Positions 59,744 through 64,000 of a stretch of 64,000 nt of DNA are shown in pieces (the stretch's first letter is position 1; each line of letters starts with the position of its first letter). This stretch comes from Lytechinus pictus. Taxonomy: Eukaryota. The DNA is taken from the NCBI RefSeq assembly GCF_037042905.1, contig NC_087252.1, positions 17,052,001-17,116,000 on the forward strand. The letters are read 5' to 3'. A program made the translations under genes and the position numbers. The notes beneath the pieces are model-generated. The model had not been told where the DNA came from, ran no database searches, and saw only the letters and a list, made by a program, of their open reading frames with translations.

Positions 59744-60083
59744 ATTTTCCTTTGTAAAGCTTTACTTTCACCGTTATCACTGGCTGGCGTACAGATGGAA
59801 TGGGGGCTTGCTTGGGGGCCATGGGCACAAAATACGTTTTACGAGAGAGGAAAAAGAGAAAAAAAAAGGAAAGAAAATGAAAAGGGTGGAATGAATAATC
59901 CACTTCTGTATGTTATATAAAAAAGTATCACAAATTAAGTTTTATATCAAAACCTTAATTAGTCTGGTCCCATCAACTTTTTTGGTTCACCACGCCATTT
60001 CCCGTTACCTTTTTGCCTTTAGGCCTTTTTTCGTGATTAGGAATGAATTAATTTTGCCCTATTTTGGGGATGTAATGATTTAA

Positions 60084-60479
60084 AGAGAAATGCCAGTGAG
60101 TAGTTGCAGTAAACACTGATTTCATGAGAGAGTCTGTAAAACAAGGCTTAATTGTCAGTATATCATCGAGGATCTAGATCTGGTACAGTTACATAAACTG
60201 AACTTTGTGAAATCTTGAAATCTACGCTGAAAAATGTTCACACTGAAGATCACCAACACAGATAAGCGCACGTTGGACAGTGTATAATTATTGCTTTGAA
60301 TGTCGGGCCCGACGCTTGACCCGAATCTTGTGCTTATTTGCTGATTTCTCAGCAATTACACAATTTCTTCCAGAATCCTTTGACACATATGTTTTATTTA
60401 TACAAACAGACACTTTGGTGGTAATTTCATTGGATTCTGTACGAACTCATTTTGATATCGTTACAACTGGCATTTACCT
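60084..60479. mobile_element. Kolobok-like MITE, 396 bp
   Basis: TTAA|AGAGAAATGCCAGT...ACTGGCATTTACCT|TTAA. Confidence 0.8.
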
Positions 60480-60526
60480 TTAACAATTGTAGCTATACTG
60501 TGTGTTACTATGCTGTGAATTTTCAG

Positions 60527-60725
60527 GTGATACTTGGTACTCTAGGTACCCTAGGTGGTGTCGCCAAGGAAATCTTCTCTGGTGACAGTGTACCCTTAAA
60601 CCAAGCTATCCTTGTGCAACCTGAATCATACTCAACCAAATATGCCTATGTTCAATTCGCATCAGATGAAATAGCTTCAATGGCCCGCGGTTTCATGGCG
60701 AACGTCACTGTAGACTGCCAGCCAG
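60527..60725 (+). CDS. CUB-domain protein, CUB2 C-half exon
   Basis: aattttcAG| VILGTLGTLGGVAKEIFSGDSVPLNQAILVQPESYSTKYAYVQFASDEIASMARGFMANVTVDCQP G|GTACC; FSG...P, F.SD....RGF pattern; phase 0-1. Confidence 0.88.
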
Positions 60726-60929
60726 GTACCTTTCAGTTTTATCAATTACACCACGGTTCTATTTATTATTTTTTGAGACGGCCTACCTTATTCCAGCGAG
60801 CGGCAGTCTTTGATATATATATCTTAATTACAGGTTCATCTTGATGTCCATTTGTTATCAATATGAGTGGACAATATGAAGGTTTGGTGAAAATCTTCAT
60901 TGCTTGAAACACAGTAGATTGCAAGCCTG

Positions 60930-61625
60930 GGACCCATTTTCATAAATAATTGTTATAATAACAAATTTACTATAAGCCAATGGCATTGAAGGATTTCAGT
61001 AGCTTTTAACTGTTATTGCAAACTTGTTATCATAACAAGTTATATGAAACGGATCCCGAGTGGGTGTTTCATAAAACTGTTTGTGACGTGACGCACGGAT
61101 TTAGCGCACGTGTCTGGAACACATTCTTAGGAGCTATCAGCTACATCAGAATATACCATTAGGCAACAGAAAGGGTCACCAGTCGTGCGAAAAGACGTGT
61201 GAAATTACGCACAGCGTTATGAAACACACACCAGAGGAAGCCTTCATCAACATGTGTTTTCCGAGAAGCTGGCTGTCAGATCTAAAATAAACTTTCCTTG
61301 CTTCTGATTCGCTGAGATGCAAGGGCGGATCCAGGATTTTCCAAAAGGGGGACAAATTTTTCGGAGGAAAATTTTGACAAGCAAAAAAAAATGTTTTCAA
61401 CCACAAATTAAAGATATTTCGTATCAGAAAAAAGTTTTAATTGCATTTTTACATTATAAATATCAATTTTGCTTCTCAAAAATGGGTGGGGGGGGCATGT
61501 GCCCACGCCCCCCCCCCCCCCTGGATCCGCCAGTGCTGAGAAGTACTGTGAACTGCGGTAAATGTCGGATAAAACGGGACTATTCGGATAAAGCGTCAGA
61601 CAAGCCCTTTCATGAAACGCTCCCC
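60930..61625. mobile_element. Three abutting Harbinger-like MITEs (60930-61056, 61060-61231, 61235-61625)
   Basis: Each has TTCAT...ATGAAAC-type TIRs; they are separated by only 3 bp (CGA, CAG). Confidence 0.7.
61320..61535. mobile_element. hAT-like MITE nested in the third Harbinger-like MITE
   Basis: TIRs CAAGGGCGGATCCAG / CTGGATCCGCCAGTG; 8-bp TSD CTGAGATG / CTGAGAAG (1 mismatch). Confidence 0.85.
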
Positions 61626-61994
61626 ACATTTCTTATTATTACAGTTTATCAGTTCGATAAATGATAACTATGTTTTATTCTCTATTGCTTTTTAGGCAAG
61701 GCCAGCCCTTTTTACATAGTGGCTGCAACATCTTATGATGGTGATAATTAGGTTTAACAAAATCGATCAGAGAATGAGAATTTTTTTCAAAGTTTCAAAT
61801 GTATGATGTCACGTATGATGATTCCTCATTTGTCATGTAATAATATATCATAAACGAAGAATGAAAATTTAAATTGAATTAAAAGCTCATTCAATAGAAT
61901 TATAATCAAATAAACGACTTTATGAAAAGGATAAGTTATTATAAATATTATGAATAGCAAAAAATGTGACACATTGCGTACAAAAAGCAAAGCT

Positions 61995-62190
61995 TGAATC
62001 CCACCGCTTCACTCGCGTCCTTTGGCAAGGTGTTCATCTACATTTTGTCACTCTCCAACCAAGTGTATTAAATGGGTACACAGTAGGAATAAAATCCTTG
62101 AATGCTCAAGTGCCCGATAAAAGTAGCCGTGCATATGAGCCGGATAAGAGTTTGCAGCGCTTAGAAACTTTTTATTGAGCGCTATAAATT
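61995..62190 (+). mobile_element. Truncated SINE of the 44298 family
   Basis: Residual TGAATCCC, CTCTCCAACCAAGTGTATTAAATGGGTAC core, AGCGCT...AGCGCTATAAAT 3' end. Confidence 0.6.
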
Positions 62191-62457
62191 GTTCAATACA
62201 TCTTTGTATATCGTTATCCTCCTCCTCATCATCGTAATTTACATTTTCGTTATTAATGTTGAATTATTGCCACTATTATCATTAAAGCTATTATTTTAAT
62301 AAATGTCATTACAATATTATGATTGTGTTAATATTGTCCTTGTTGTTGATGTTGTTCATTAGGTTATTTGTACGTGTAATATCGTCACCATTCAAACACT
62401 TTCTTAAAATAGCAATCTATTTTAAAAGTTATCTCATCGAATTCTGCTTTCTTTCAG

Positions 62458-62663
62458 GATTCCACGTGGAGCTCGATGTCAACGAGACATATCGTGTGAA
62501 GCAATTTGATTATCCTCGCTATTACCAGATTAATACTGATGAAGCCTGGGTAATTGAGGTACCACAGGACTGTGATATCAGCGTAGAGGTCGCTCGATTT
62601 GATACACAAACCAACCAAGATGGGCTACATATAGGAACAGGATCCAATATATCTACAAACGAA
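62458..62663 (+). CDS. CUB-domain protein, CUB3 N-half exon
   Basis: ctttctttcAG| GFHVELDVNETYRVKQFDYPRYYQINTDEAWVIEVPQDCDISVEVARFDTQTNQDGLHIGTGSNISTNE |GTAAGC; phase 1-0. Confidence 0.88.
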
Positions 62664-63451
62664 GTAAGCATGGCAAAACCAGGGGGCTAATGTTCTGCTT
62701 GAGAGTGTGAACAATCATAAATCGCCATTAATATGTGTATTGTTATCCCAGAAAATGTTACAATAATGAATTTCTAGGGGATACCCGTGTATCACTTTCG
62801 ACACAAAAGCATAGGATATTTTAGGACTGATGCATTCAATATAAACAAACCTGAAAATGCTATTATCTAAGGAACTCTACCAGATAACAACTGGAATACC
62901 GCTGCTTTGTTGTATAGACTTACATGTATTTGGACATAAACTATTTATGCGTTTTGCGTACTTTACCGTATGAAATATAAGTCACATTAGTTGATATTCA
63001 TGCAAGCTAATGTTCTTGGCCAACGATTTATTGGTGGAAATATAATATAGGACACGATTGATATGAAAATGTACATTGAAAAACAAATAGCCTACGATTA
63101 ATCCTTGCGGTACCCGTATAGAAATATTATGAGTACTAAGCATTCGGTCACTTAATTACTATTGGCAAATGCCACTAATCATCATATAGTGGATGTTTAC
63201 TTAAACATTAGAAGAGCAAAATTGTTTGTCTTCTCCCAGTGTTTACTCCCTCTGAAAGTAAGAAGATAGGGACTGAGTTCCCGTAACGCCTCCTTCCCTA
63301 TTTGGGGGTCAAACAGTGATGTCCTCTCTTGTACCTATAGCACCTATGGTACCTTTTAAACAGATGATAATTGATTATAATTAGGTAGTAATAACAAAAA
63401 GTATTATTTTATGTAGCGCGATATTTCGAAAGATTATTGAACTTTTTTCAG

Positions 63452-63599
63452 ATGCTGTTCTTAACTGGGGACACAGTACCAAGATTCATTGATATACCAT
63501 CGAATATTGCTTGGTTGAGGTTCCTATCGGATGACGATGATAGCTCTCGTCACCCTGGATTTGATGTTCACGTGACACCTACCTGTAAACCTACAAATG
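63452..63599 (+). CDS. CUB-domain protein, CUB3 C-half exon (probable GC donor; alternative GT donor after 63584)
   Basis: cttttttcAG| MLFLTGDTVPRFIDIPSNIAWLRFLSDDDDSSRHPGFDVHVTPTCKPTN G|GCAAGT; WLRF.SD....GF motif; phase 0-1. Confidence 0.85.
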
Positions 63600-63664
63600 G
63601 CAAGTTTATATACCAGTTTAGATTAAAAAGTGTATTTGAATATTTCACAAAATTCGTTTTCCAT

Positions 63665-63810
63665 AATTAAATAGAAATAGAATTGGGCCAAGCCGTGTTC
63701 CTCGGGGCACACCGACATGATTAACTTTGATGTCAGACAGAGTTCGATTATATAAAGTACAATGCAGTGAATCCAATCCAATGTGAATTAAAATTTTCTG
63801 CAACAAAACG
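63665..63810 (-). mobile_element. Short LINE RT relic in an intron
   Basis: Minus-strand translation ...YNRTLSD....HVGVPRGTRLGPILFL resembles the RT motif GVPQG(S/T)xLGP. Confidence 0.6.
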
Positions 63811-63937
63811 GCATGTACATGTACATGGATGTAAAATAGCAACGTAATAGATACATGTATTTCCTTTCAAGATGTAACTCTTCAAAACCAAGTTTCATGT
63901 ATTCGTGTATTGTTTTCCTGTCCTTCATTTCATGCAG

Positions 63938-63967
63938 GTGCAGTTGCACATCATTTCGACACGAGAG
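63938..63967 (+). CDS. 30-nt micro-exon linker after CUB3
   Basis: tccttcatttcatgcAG| (G)AVAHHFDTR(G) |GTAAAT; phase 1-1; resembles the 53623 micro-exon (AHVDTLG). Confidence 0.7.
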
Positions 63968-64000
63968 GTAAATATATTCTTAAGATTTGACTGCTTAGTA

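Overview
AT-rich, repeat-dense eukaryotic DNA with spliceosomal introns. The repeat families and gene content suggest a marine deuterostome, probably a sea urchin; this is inference. Three intron-split genes lie on the + strand. (1) The last two coding exons of a class III adenylate/guanylate cyclase (506-681, 1615-1748). (2) A complete 4-exon CDS for PTPMT1 (16179-22341, 189 aa, catalytic loop HCKAGRTR). (3) A multi-CUB-domain protein gene with at least 3 CUB domains and micro-exon linkers (~42236 to the window end; start codon not found). Most of the rest is non-autonomous mobile DNA, often nested: Tc1/mariner-, hAT-, PIF/Harbinger-, piggyBac-, Kolobok-, CACTA- and Academ-like elements, a Helentron/DINE-1-like element, tRNA-derived SINEs, LINE RT relics and several tandem arrays. 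Most notable observations: (a) a 323-bp TGTAAAG...CTTTACA element in a (TA)n tract that carries a full cloverleaf tRNA-like gene with a UCA (opal-reading) anticodon and a Pol III terminator (43806-44128); (b) a split-direct-repeat, DIRS/Ngaro/PAT-like miniature element (9979-12660); (c) a recurrent strand-specific GNA-triloop hairpin with tandem GA pairs, shared by different repeats; (d) CUB domains that have lost all four canonical cysteines and share a different Cys pair; (e) a 2.8-kb fold-back element built of ~185-bp YY1-like-motif units. All calls are by eye; no searches were run.
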